Below are positions 53,027 through 62,419 of a DNA stretch of 64,000 bases, in pieces. The position numbers and the translations under genes are program-made. The notes below the pieces were generated by a model. It ran no database searches and was not told where the DNA came from. It saw only the letters and a list, made by a program, of their open reading frames with translations. Position 1 is the stretch's first letter. The number at the start of each line of letters is the position of its first letter. Origin of the DNA: Clostridiales bacterium UBA1316 (GTDB lineage: Bacteria; Bacillota; Clostridia; Oscillospirales; Oscillospiraceae); NCBI GenBank assembly GCA_002307055.1, contig DBTM01000036.1, positions 34,416-98,415 on the forward strand, given 5' to 3'.

Positions 53027-53536
53027 CTAGAAACCAACGTTAAACTTTGGATTTATCTTTTTTGCTATCCGTTTAGCCAGCCTCGCACATTTCAAGGTTT
53101 TTGATCTGACGGGAATGAGTAACAGCCAAATTGAAACGCAGAATTTTAAAAGCTTGCTGTCACAGCGGATAACACGGCCTTTTCTCTTTATGCTTGTAAC
53201 TACCGCCTGCAGCTGCTCGGGCGCAAGAGGCCCCTCTATCCACTGCTGTGCATCACCGATCATATAAAAACAGTCCTTAGTTCGTTGTATCTTCAAAACG
53301 CGATGCAGGACATAGGCACCGGTTAATCTTCTAATTAAAACAATGTCACCTTTTTTAATTTCTGCAAAGCTTGTTTTAGACAGCTCGACGCTGTCTCGGC
53401 CCTCCGTTAAAAAAGGGTACATGCTCATTCCGGTAACTGTGATCCACGCTTGTCCGCCTTGATTTAAAATATCGTTTGTGATACTGAAGATATCAACGGC
53501 TTTCATTACTTTTAATTCGCTATCTAAATCAGACAT
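53027..53536 (-). CDS. S24/S26-family (signal peptidase I-like) peptidase without N-terminal TM
   Basis: VTGMSMYPFL (catalytic Ser), GDIVL, YVLHRV (His), GDAQ. Confidence 0.85.
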   Translation of the reverse strand: MSDLDSELKVMKAVDIFSITNDILNQGGQAWITVTGMSMYPFLTEGRDSVELSKTSFAEIKKGDIVLIRRLTGAYVLHRVLKIQRTKDCFYMIGDAQQWIEGPLAPEQLQAVVTSIKRKGRVIRCDSKLLKFCVSIWLLLIPVRSKTLKCARLAKRIAKKINPKFNVGF

Positions 53537-54447
53537 TTTCGAACCAGCTCCACTGCTTCATAATCCGGACGGCATTTCAATAAATAAACGGGAACCTCAT
53601 TGACGAGTTTTTCTAATGTGGCGATAGCTTCAACCATCAGCTCAGGATCAAAATAAGGCAGAAAACATCGCGGCATCAGCATTTGCAATATGTTGCTTCC
53701 AGATAGCTTTTCAATGGTGTTGACCGGAGACTGCGTGAGCATCACAATACCGTTTAACGGGACATTTTTGTTGACAAAATGATCTGATGTACCGCTCCAA
53801 GGCGTTCCGCAAAGCATCGGGACATTATTCATATAACGTATAGCCGGTCTGTCCTCGTTGATTATTGTAACCTCGTCCTTATATAACTCGTGCCAGAGTC
53901 TGACATGCGTCGATTTTCCGGTGCCGGAGGGGGCGGAGAATATAAGACCCTTGCCTTGATATTCAATAGAGGCGGAATGTATATGCAGGCCGTTCTTCTT
54001 CATCAATAGATTTCTGAAGGCAAGGCCTATGGATAGGAATGAACCATATTGGCTCCAGGGAATTATAGAACCATCATCGTTTGTCGAATAGGTATCCGCT
54101 AAAAGATACTGCATTGTGACGTCGCTCCATTCCGAGTTGGCGTCGAGCAGTGAGGGCATCCGACGATGTCCGCTCTGCAGCGTAAAGTCGTTCCCATAAA
54201 TATAGTATCCCTTTTCCGGTGCCTTTTTACGCAGTATAACGGCAGCCTGACCGCCATAAACCTCGTCACCTTCCGGCTTTATAATATCGTCAACGAGTTC
54301 TATGGAAATTCGCATGTCACATTCTTCAGGACTTTTTTCCGAAGCATCTCGCTGAAATACAACGCTTCGTTTTTCAAAGTATGGATTACTTCCTGTGAAA
54401 TGCAGCCATAACCCCCCTATATTATATAGCATACCCTTCCCCCTCAT
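53524..54447 (-). CDS. HPr kinase-like P-loop kinase
   Basis: IHSASI, FSAPSGTGKST, INEDRPAIR, GTPWSG. Confidence 0.8.
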   Translation of the reverse strand: MRGKGMLYNIGGLWLHFTGSNPYFEKRSVVFQRDASEKSPEECDMRISIELVDDIIKPEGDEVYGGQAAVILRKKAPEKGYYIYGNDFTLQSGHRRMPSLLDANSEWSDVTMQYLLADTYSTNDDGSIIPWSQYGSFLSIGLAFRNLLMKKNGLHIHSASIEYQGKGLIFSAPSGTGKSTHVRLWHELYKDEVTIINEDRPAIRYMNNVPMLCGTPWSGTSDHFVNKNVPLNGIVMLTQSPVNTIEKLSGSNILQMLMPRCFLPYFDPELMVEAIATLEKLVNEVPVYLLKCRPDYEAVELVRKCLI

Positions 54448-54567
54448 TATTTTTTAATATACCGATCTCCAGTATAAGCAGTTGTTTAATTTAAAACTTT
54501 CGTTTATGGTGTATTTGAAGAGATTGTTCTGCTGTTTCATTGGAACTTAGGATTAATAATACATTGC

Positions 54568-54597
54568 AGAGAAGGGTTACAAATGTAACCCTTCTCT
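54568..54597 (-). terminator. Perfect hairpin downstream of the precursor peptide genes
   Basis: agagaagggttac-aaat-gtaacccttctct, 13-bp stem. Confidence 0.7.
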
Positions 54598-54660
54598 TCT
54601 TTTATAATAAAAATTTAAAGTTTAAGCAATAAGTTATAAAGCTCAAAGCTTTACCGGTTC

Positions 54661-54786
54661 TCACGAACCTGACGGAGCCTCCCAATAATCTTCACAGCTT
54701 GCTTTGTAGCAAGTTGTAGAATCAGCGATACCCTCTTCTAAGCGAAGCTCAACAAGGGTAGCTTCTGGTGTGACGTACTTTTTCAT
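54661..54786 (-). CDS. Putative RiPP precursor peptide A2 (41 aa)
   Basis: Hand translation MKKYVTPEATLVELRLEEGIADSTTCYKASCEDYWEAPSGS*, AAGGAGGTGA RBS, leader shared with A1. Confidence 0.88.
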   Translation of the reverse strand: MKKYVTPEATLVELRLEEGIADSTTCYKASCEDYWEAPSGS

Positions 54787-54824
54787 TCGTTTCACCTCCT
54801 TGAAATTAATAAGAAATTAGCTCT

Positions 54825-54974
54825 CTAGCTACCATGTGCATGACATACAAGCTTACCTTTTTTGTCGTAGACGTCGTGCGTGCAGGCTCCATCACATTTA
54901 AAAGCAGCCACAGCAATGGATTCTTCAACTCTCAGAGTGACCATCTGAAGGGATGGAGTCATATACTTTTTCAT
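54825..54974 (-). CDS. Putative RiPP precursor peptide A1 (49 aa)
   Basis: Hand translation MKKYMTPSLQMVTLRVEESIAVAAFKCDGACTHDVYDKKGKLVCHAHGS*, AAAGGAGG RBS. Confidence 0.88.
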   Translation of the reverse strand: MKKYMTPSLQMVTLRVEESIAVAAFKCDGACTHDVYDKKGKLVCHAHGS

Positions 54975-55029
54975 CAACTTTTCCTCCTTTCAAAACTATT
55001 GAAAAATAAAGTAAATTATTTTCTGCATG

Positions 55030-56157
55030 TTATTTAACCAAAGTGTTTTCAGCTTTCAAAGCTTTCACGAACTCACATAAATATGGAGCCGGTTTTGTAA
55101 ATTCGCCGGTTTCTAATTTGAGACGCGCCGGGCACGACATACAATCATTAAAATAGCTACAGCTGTCGCATTCCTGACAAGAGGGAACTTCATGACTTTT
55201 ATTCCATATTTCTTGCCATGCGTTTTCAAAACCGACAGCGAGGGGATTGGCTTGAATATCGCTGAGCAATCCGCAGGGGAACAGCTTGCCCTCCCAAGAG
55301 AGCCAGAACGCACATTTTCCGGAAGTGCAGCGAAAAGCTGTTTTTTTGATTATTTTCGTGTCAGCGATTTTTTTAGCATTTTCAATATGCCCATCTGACA
55401 TTACGTCGTCAATGATAAGACTTGGGGCAGCATCTTTATTAAGATCATACAGATGCTTCATATAGTTGTTTGCTCTGACTTCGAAACGAGCCATTTCCAG
55501 CGGAGTGAGTCTGTTTGCAACAGGATCAGTGCCGGAGCCTTCTCGTCTGGGGGTAATGTAGTTGACGATGCCCATGTTTTTCCCCATGCTTCGTGCCAGA
55601 TCGGCCAACTCTTCAAAGTCTTCGCTGTTTGCCTTTATGACTGTGGTCTTCAGCTCAACGCTTATGCCCGCATTAATCAATTTTTTAATATTTGTAATGG
55701 TTTTGTCATAACCATCGGCACACTCGGTAACTTTTTCATATGTTGCAGCACTGGCACCGTAAACAGAGATGCTGACCTTCAAAGGAGGCTGCTTAGCCAA
55801 GCGCTGAATCATGTCGTCATTAAGTAAGGAACCATTGGTATAGAGAGTGATTATGAAGCCCATATTGCCTAAGGCTTCATAAATTTCCCAGAAATCCTTA
55901 CGCATAAAAATTTCGCCGCCTGTTAAAACAAGAAACAAAACGCCGGCATCTCTCGCCTGCTTGCCCATATCAATCCATTGAGCTGTGGTAAGCTCTTTTT
56001 TAATGAGCGATTGATGCTCGCTCATCCCGCAAACATAACACATCTTGCAGCGAAAGTTACATCGGGAAGTCAATTCGAAAAATCCTGACACAGGCTTACC
56101 CATAACAATGCCATTTTCAATAATACCGTTATACAAAACAGAGTATTTTAAAGCCAT
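55030..56157 (-). CDS. Radical SAM/SPASM peptide maturase
   Basis: CNFRCKMC, LTGGE, YTNG, SPASM Cys pattern CTSGK...EGKLFPC...CQECDSCSYFNDCMSCPA...C. Confidence 0.92.
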   Translation of the reverse strand: MALKYSVLYNGIIENGIVMGKPVSGFFELTSRCNFRCKMCYVCGMSEHQSLIKKELTTAQWIDMGKQARDAGVLFLVLTGGEIFMRKDFWEIYEALGNMGFIITLYTNGSLLNDDMIQRLAKQPPLKVSISVYGASAATYEKVTECADGYDKTITNIKKLINAGISVELKTTVIKANSEDFEELADLARSMGKNMGIVNYITPRREGSGTDPVANRLTPLEMARFEVRANNYMKHLYDLNKDAAPSLIIDDVMSDGHIENAKKIADTKIIKKTAFRCTSGKCAFWLSWEGKLFPCGLLSDIQANPLAVGFENAWQEIWNKSHEVPSCQECDSCSYFNDCMSCPARLKLETGEFTKPAPYLCEFVKALKAENTLVK

Positions 56158-56171
56158 GCTTCCTCCAAGTG

Positions 56172-56435
56172 CTATTCAAATAGTTGTTTGCTTGCGATGC
56201 TTTCAATAAAAGCATGAACATCGCTTTTGACTAACGCTTCGCTTGCATCATATTCTTTAAGCAATGCGCTTACCATGTCGTCCTCGGTGGCTCCCTGTTC
56301 GAGCATATGCCATAGGAATGCGCCGCTTTCACTTAGTGTCATAATATTATTAAATTCAACAACCATTGAACCTAAAGGAACAACTATCCACTGCCCCGCA
56401 ATTTCGCGTATCATGAAACCTGATTTGATCTTCAT
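56172..56435 (-). CDS. PqqD-family RiPP recognition element (RRE)
   Basis: 87 aa, REIAGQWIVVP, TLSESGAFLW..L, LLKEYD, DVHAFI..I. Confidence 0.92.
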   Translation of the reverse strand: MKIKSGFMIREIAGQWIVVPLGSMVVEFNNIMTLSESGAFLWHMLEQGATEDDMVSALLKEYDASEALVKSDVHAFIESIASKQLFE

Positions 56436-56602
56436 ACATCTTGTCCTTTATAATATGTAAGTATAAATTGCTTACTTGCGGCATCAGCTTTAAACCTGAG
56501 TATGCCGCCTTATAATCACAATATAAGAGCTTTATGCTGCCACCGAATGGAAAAAATGGCACCAATTGAGACAGCTGTGGTACTTTATAGTGAGTATAAA
56601 AT

Positions 56603-56630
56603 ATTATATACCACAAAATGTATTTGTCAA
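56603..56630 (-). promoter_or_regulatory. Sigma-A promoter of the RRE-rSAM operon
   Basis: Minus strand TTGACA-16 bp-TATAAT. Confidence 0.6.
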
Positions 56631-57477
56631 CAGAAAGCGACCTTAAAATTTAAAACAATAAAAATAGTTCTAAAAATATAATGAGTTTTCTGATGATATA
56701 CTTGGGTTCATATATGCTGATCAGGTTTTTCACGCAAGATGGAATGGCGGTTGTGAGTCCCTAATGAGATATTTGCAAAAATGCAAGTCCGTGGCAATAA
56801 TTATTCAAAAACGCATTTTAGCAAATGTTTCGGGCGTGCAACAATCAAAATGGCTTGTAAATTATTGCTCTTATTCTATTTAATATTAATATATACATAA
56901 ATCGAACAAAAAACAAGTGTTTTTATAAAAAAATATTCATATAATTCTTAAAAAGCTGCAGCACGGATTGTTTGAATTGCCGGTTGCCAGCATATTTATT
57001 TTACTATAACATTCTTTTTATGCATAAAAAAGAGCATATAGATTCAAAAATATGAGAAAAAATGAGAAAAGTCTCAAATTATATCGAGAAATATCATAAT
57101 TATGAGAAATTAATTTTATTAAGAACCATTTATAAAAATATTACAAAAAGCAGTAAAAAAATACATGCGCGCGCCGCTGTATCAGAAGACGCTTGTTCAG
57201 CCATAACCGCTCAGCGCCTACCTGACCCGGACGATTCTATGAATGCGCCTATACTCAGCTTATAACCGGCGAATAAGGACAAATATAATGGTAATCTCTT
57301 GAATATTGCGTGATGTATTGTTATTATACTAAATATATAAAGTATATTTTAAAGCCTATACGCTTAAGAATGACGGAGTATCTCAATAAAAATCATGAAT
57401 GGCATGAAAAGGGTTAGCTTCTTGAGCTGTACCGATGCTATTATACAGAAAAATATAGAATGGTTGGTGTACATATT

Positions 57478-58818
57478 ATGAATATCACGATTACAGGTAC
57501 CGGTTATGTCGGGCTTGTCGCAGGCGTATGCTTTGCCGAGGTTGGCCATCATGTAATCTGCTGTGATATCGATGAAAATCGAATCAAGCTTTTGAGTCAG
57601 GGTGTTTCCCCAATCTATGAAGCGGATCTGGATGATTTGCTTAAGAAAAATCTGGAGAACGGCAGAATCAGCTTTACGACGAGCTGTGAAGCTGCTTATA
57701 GAGAAACAGAGGCTATCTTCATCGGTGTCGGGACGCCTGAACAGCCTGATGGATCAGCCAACCTGTCCTATATTGCAACAGTGGCGCGGCAGATCGCCGA
57801 AACCATCGAAAAAGATTGCCTTGTCGTTGTGAAGTCTACGGTACCGGTTGGGACAAACGATAAGGTGGAACAGTTTATCAACGATTTTCTGCCGGATAAG
57901 CATAATGGCTGCGACGGCGGTAAAAAGCTCAAGGTCGAGGTCGCTTCTAATCCCGAGTTTCTGGCACAGGGTACGGCGGTTCACGATACGCTGCATGCCT
58001 CGAGAATCATCATTGGAACAAATAGCAAATGGGCAGAAGAAATGCTTATGAAAATTTATAAGCCGTTTAATCTCCCTATTGTGTCAGTCTCACGCCGGTC
58101 AGCGGAAATGACAAAGTACGCCTCGAATGATTTTCTGGCATTGAAAATATCCTATATGAATGATATTGCCAATTTGTGCGAGCTTGTCGGTGCCGACATT
58201 CAAGATGTGGCGAAGGGGATGTCCTTCGATGAGAGAATCGGCAGCAGATTCTTAAACGCCGGTATCGGCTATGGCGGTTCATGCTTCCCGAAAGATACGA
58301 AGGCTCTTGAGCATTTGGCAGATGAGCACGGGTATAAGCTCAGAACAGTAAAGGCTGCGATTGATGTCAACAGCGATCAAAAAACGATTCTGTTTAAAAA
58401 GGCCTGTAAGCGGCTGATTACCTTCAGCGGATTAAAGGTAGCTGTTCTCGGCTTGACCTTTAAACCCGGAACCGACGATCTGCGCGAAGCAGCGTCACTT
58501 GTTAATATTCCTCTTTTATTAGAGCAAGGGGCGGAAATATACGCCTACGATCCTGTGGGAATCGACAATTTTAAGAAAGTATATGCTGAAGGCGGTCATG
58601 GTCGCGGCAGCATTAAATATGTCACAAACACCGATGAAGCACTGGAAAAGGCGAATGTGTGCTTTATATTCACCGAATGGAAAACCGTCATAGAAACTCA
58701 GCCGGAGATGTATAAGAAGCTCATGAAAACGCCGCTTGTTTATGACGGCAGAAACATTTACAGTGTTATAGAGATGAAGGATGCCGGCGTTGAGTACTAT
58801 TCGATCGGAAGAATATAA
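57478..58818 (+). CDS. ugd: UDP-glucose 6-dehydrogenase
   Basis: GTGYVGL, KSTVPVGT, SNPEFL, GYGGSCFPKD, FKPGTDDLRE. Confidence 0.93.
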   Translation: MNITITGTGYVGLVAGVCFAEVGHHVICCDIDENRIKLLSQGVSPIYEADLDDLLKKNLENGRISFTTSCEAAYRETEAIFIGVGTPEQPDGSANLSYIATVARQIAETIEKDCLVVVKSTVPVGTNDKVEQFINDFLPDKHNGCDGGKKLKVEVASNPEFLAQGTAVHDTLHASRIIIGTNSKWAEEMLMKIYKPFNLPIVSVSRRSAEMTKYASNDFLALKISYMNDIANLCELVGADIQDVAKGMSFDERIGSRFLNAGIGYGGSCFPKDTKALEHLADEHGYKLRTVKAAIDVNSDQKTILFKKACKRLITFSGLKVAVLGLTFKPGTDDLREAASLVNIPLLLEQGAEIYAYDPVGIDNFKKVYAEGGHGRGSIKYVTNTDEALEKANVCFIFTEWKTVIETQPEMYKKLMKTPLVYDGRNIYSVIEMKDAGVEYYSIGRI

Positions 58819-58840
58819 GAAACAAAGGAGAGAGCGCACA

Positions 58841-59842
58841 ATGAGCGAGATACATAAACCGATTAAAACGTGCCTTGTCACCGGCGGAGCCGGATTTGTC
58901 GGCTCCCATGCCTGTGAGGCGCTGCTCCGAAACGGATATGACGTTTACAGTGTTGATAGTTTCAGCGAATATTATAATCCGCAATACAAGCGGGTGAATA
59001 TACGGGAAGTTGAAAGAACGGCCGTAAGTGCAGGCCGGCAATTTAAAGTATTTGAAGGCGATATCAGGGATTGGGCTTTTTTGGACGGTGTTTTTTCGGA
59101 AGCCAGACCTGATATGGTGATCCATCTTGCCGCATGCGCCGGTGTCCGGCCGTCGATAGCTGATCCCAAGTTATATGCGGATGTCAATATCGGCGGCACA
59201 ATGAATATTCTGGAATGTCTGAAAAAATACGAAATCAAAAGACATATATTTGCCTCATCTTCTTCCGTTTACGGTAATAACGACAAGGTACCTTTCTCGG
59301 AAAGCGATTCGGTTGATAACCCGATTTCACCGTATGCCGCGACGAAAAAAGCAGGTGAGCTTATTTGCTACACCTACCATCATCTTTATCATATCAATAC
59401 GGCCTGCCTGCGGTTTTTTACAGTCTATGGGCCGAGGCAGCGCCCTGATTTGGCAATTTATAAATTTACGAAGCTGATTATTGAAGGTCAAACCATACCG
59501 TTCTATGGAGACGGTTCGACAAAACGTGATTATACATATATCGACGACATAGTAGACGGAATCATGAAAGCCTGCAAGTGGATTGACTCTCCTGAGAAGA
59601 GATACGGTATCTTTAATCTCGGCGAATCCAATACCATTTCATTATCTCATATGATTGAGACGATTGAGAACGAGCTGAAATTGAAAGCGAAGCTGGACTG
59701 CCAGCCAATTCAGCCGGGAGACGTCAATATTACTTACGCTGATATTTCGAAAGCGCAAAAGGTTCTTGGGTATAGACCTAAAACCAACTTCGAAGAGGGT
59801 ATTGCATTATTCGTTGACTGGTATAAAAAGAACCGGTTATAA
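58841..59842 (+). CDS. NAD-dependent epimerase (UDP-glucuronate 4-epimerase-like)
   Basis: TGGAGFVG, HLAACAGVRPS, ASSSSVYG, YAATK, RFFTVYGPRQRPD. Confidence 0.9.
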   Translation: MSEIHKPIKTCLVTGGAGFVGSHACEALLRNGYDVYSVDSFSEYYNPQYKRVNIREVERTAVSAGRQFKVFEGDIRDWAFLDGVFSEARPDMVIHLAACAGVRPSIADPKLYADVNIGGTMNILECLKKYEIKRHIFASSSSVYGNNDKVPFSESDSVDNPISPYAATKKAGELICYTYHHLYHINTACLRFFTVYGPRQRPDLAIYKFTKLIIEGQTIPFYGDGSTKRDYTYIDDIVDGIMKACKWIDSPEKRYGIFNLGESNTISLSHMIETIENELKLKAKLDCQPIQPGDVNITYADISKAQKVLGYRPKTNFEEGIALFVDWYKKNRL

Positions 59843-59869
59843 ATATACGAACACGAACGGCAAAAACAG

Positions 59870-60889
59870 CTAACTTTCCAGGTATTTCTGAATCAGATCA
59901 GAATTTTTTTCCAAATCAGGCAAAAGCACATCCATGCCGCGGATGACGGGGGACGAATATGTGCCGTCCGCCGGTATTCGGTATTTTTCCACACCGTTTA
60001 TGCCGTTTTGCATAACAGTCAAGCAATAACTTAGAATTTTTGTTTTGGACATGTCGGTCGTCAGATATGGCAGGAGAACATCGACCATCTTGAGCTGATC
60101 GGAGGCGCTTAAGGCCAGAATTTTATCAATGATCAGATTCATGACATTGCGCTGCCGCTCGGTTCGTTCATAATCGGCATTTCCGACATAACGGATTCTG
60201 GAATAGTCCAGGGCTTGTGCGCCGTCTAAATGGTTAAGCCCGGAATGGATATTCCAAGTGCTGGTTCTTTTATTCAAATATGCAGCATCGTAAGCAGTGA
60301 TGTTGATGTCTATGCCGCCTAGTGTATCAACAACCTTTGTAAAGCCATCGAAATCCACTGCAAAATTGCCGTCGATCCCGACACCGAAATTCTGCAGAAT
60401 CGTCATATCCAGCAAATCAAGACCGCCGAACTGATAGGCGGCATTGATTCGGTTATCACTGTATCCCGGAATTTGAACATACATGTCGCGCATGAGGGAA
60501 ATAAGCTTAACCGTCTTTTGCTTCATATTATAACTTAGTATAATCATGGAATCAGAGCGTTGGCGCGGCTGATTCGGGCGGCGATCCTGCCCGATGAGCA
60601 GAATATTAATGTAATCCTGGTTGCGAAGGGGCTTGATGCCGGTTGGCCATTTAACGTCATTTGGGTTGATTACCGGCGCGCTGCTGTTTATGGGTTCTTG
60701 ATCTTCTGTATCGAAGACCTCGTTTGCCGGTGCGATCGTCGCACCAGGTTCGTATTTTTTCATTTTTGATAATTCAGTGAAAACAAATATAGCGCTCGTC
60801 AAAGCACAAACAAAAAGAACAGAAAGAATAATCAAGGTGATTTTTCGTATTCTTTTTTTTGGTGGTTTATTACTCTGCTTATTGTCCAT
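59870..60889 (-). CDS. LCP (LytR-CpsA-Psr) family phosphotransferase
   Basis: N-terminal TM, ILLIGQD, RSDSMI, SLMRD, RINAAY, YSRIR, DYERTERQR. Confidence 0.93.
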   Translation of the reverse strand: MDNKQSNKPPKKRIRKITLIILSVLFVCALTSAIFVFTELSKMKKYEPGATIAPANEVFDTEDQEPINSSAPVINPNDVKWPTGIKPLRNQDYINILLIGQDRRPNQPRQRSDSMIILSYNMKQKTVKLISLMRDMYVQIPGYSDNRINAAYQFGGLDLLDMTILQNFGVGIDGNFAVDFDGFTKVVDTLGGIDINITAYDAAYLNKRTSTWNIHSGLNHLDGAQALDYSRIRYVGNADYERTERQRNVMNLIIDKILALSASDQLKMVDVLLPYLTTDMSKTKILSYCLTVMQNGINGVEKYRIPADGTYSSPVIRGMDVLLPDLEKNSDLIQKYLES

Positions 60890-61046
60890 ATATAAAAAAG
60901 CCTCGTATATTCATATGTTATAATCTATTTTATCGTGATACATAATGAATAATTAATAGTGCAATCGCAATAAATACCGAAATTCTATTCTGTTTCGATG
61001 ATTTGCCAGCAAACCGTGAGGGATACTGTTTGTGTTATCTGTGCAG

Positions 61047-61089
61047 AAAGCCGCCTGCCCAAGAAAATTATTCTTTGACAGGCGGTTTT
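61047..61089 (-). terminator. Intrinsic terminator
   Basis: aaagccgcctg...caggcggtttt. Confidence 0.6.
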
Positions 61090-61095
61090 ATCACG

Positions 61096-62085
61096 TTATT
61101 TGAAAATTTCTGCGGACGCTTTGTCAATCTCTTCCATGACGGCTGCATAGACGCCGGGATAGATGCTCGCCGGATCACCCATGGTGGTGCAGGGAATGAA
61201 GTATTTTGGCCCGTACTCACGGCAGACGTTAAACACGATGTCGTGGATGGTGTCACGTGACCAGTTCTCCCTGTCGACCTTTCCGTTGTCGATACCGCCC
61301 ATGATAGTGAGCTGTTTACCGTACTTTTTGATGATCTCGCCGATGTTGTTTGTTGACATGCAGCCCTGCCAGACGTCCATGCCCATCTCAATCATATAGG
61401 GTACAAGGTTCTCTCCGTATGAATCCGTGTGATGGACGATGCACTCGACGCCGTGGGTCTTGTAATACCCATAAATTTTCTTGTAAGCGGGCAGGAGAAA
61501 TTCCTCGAACATGGCCGGGGACACGAAGGATGAGGTCTGGCTGCCCCAGTCGTCATGATGGAAGAGGGCGTCAGGCTTAATGTATTTGCAAATCTGCTCG
61601 GCATTTTCAAGCTCCCAATCGGTGATCATATCGATAATCTCGTGCATCTCATCGGGGTTTGTGTAAAAAGCCGTCAGGCAGTTGGTTATCTCAAGCAGGT
61701 AGTGGCTCATCTCAAAAACGCCCGGCGCGACAAACGGCGCGACGAAGTATTCGTTCCTGTCGATTGCCGCCACCTGTGCCACTGTCGTCGCCCATAACTC
61801 CTCAGGGAAAATGGCGCTCGGGCGTGTGACATAGTCTTTCCAGTGCTCAATGTCCTGGATTACAATGTGCGCCTTGTCATGCACAGGGAATGGTCCCGGT
61901 GCGTTGGCGGGAAAGCTGAGGGTGACACCCCATCTGTTTTTTACAGCGGGTCCGCCTTTCATCGGAAAAGCGTCGGTCATTGTGTGGGGGGTATATACCA
62001 GCGAAAGCGCCTCATAACCTTTTACGAAGCGATCAGGCTTTCCGCCCCGCATAGCTTCCACCATATTCTGTCTTTTTGTAAGCAT
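61096..62085 (-). CDS. Uroporphyrinogen decarboxylase / methylcobamide:CoM methyltransferase family protein
   Basis: HHDDWGSQ, VHHTDS, IMGGID, FIPC. Confidence 0.85.
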   Translation of the reverse strand: MLTKRQNMVEAMRGGKPDRFVKGYEALSLVYTPHTMTDAFPMKGGPAVKNRWGVTLSFPANAPGPFPVHDKAHIVIQDIEHWKDYVTRPSAIFPEELWATTVAQVAAIDRNEYFVAPFVAPGVFEMSHYLLEITNCLTAFYTNPDEMHEIIDMITDWELENAEQICKYIKPDALFHHDDWGSQTSSFVSPAMFEEFLLPAYKKIYGYYKTHGVECIVHHTDSYGENLVPYMIEMGMDVWQGCMSTNNIGEIIKKYGKQLTIMGGIDNGKVDRENWSRDTIHDIVFNVCREYGPKYFIPCTTMGDPASIYPGVYAAVMEEIDKASAEIFK

Positions 62086-62419
62086 TTTTCCTCCTTGAAT
62101 ATCTCAGCGTTTTTTTGTTCAGAAGTAAGCTGTTTGACTGGCGTTCTATAACTCGAATTTTATATGAATAAAGTTATAGCATTTTATGACGGTTGTCAAT
62201 ATGCCGAATGAACATCTGAGGGCAGATTATCAGTTGTTAAGCATCTGAATGCAATTGAACTGTCGCTAAAAATATTGCCATTAAGAGATCATTAAGCTGA
62301 TATTCAATGCAATAAGTATTGATAATGTGTTTAAATATGGTATTCTGAATTTAATTAATCGTGTACCGATTGAGTATATCATGGACCAGACGAGCCGAGC
62401 TCGAAGAGGTGGAGTACAT

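Noticed and set aside
54834..55037. Plus-strand 67-aa ORF from the track
   Set aside because: Antisense shadow of precursor A1, which has an RBS and a paralogue
54661..56435. Classical lasso peptide or PQQ cluster
   Set aside because: The leader resembles lasso YxxP, but there is no cyclase or B2 protease and no Thr at -2 of the predicted cut site. There are no pqqB/pqqC genes.
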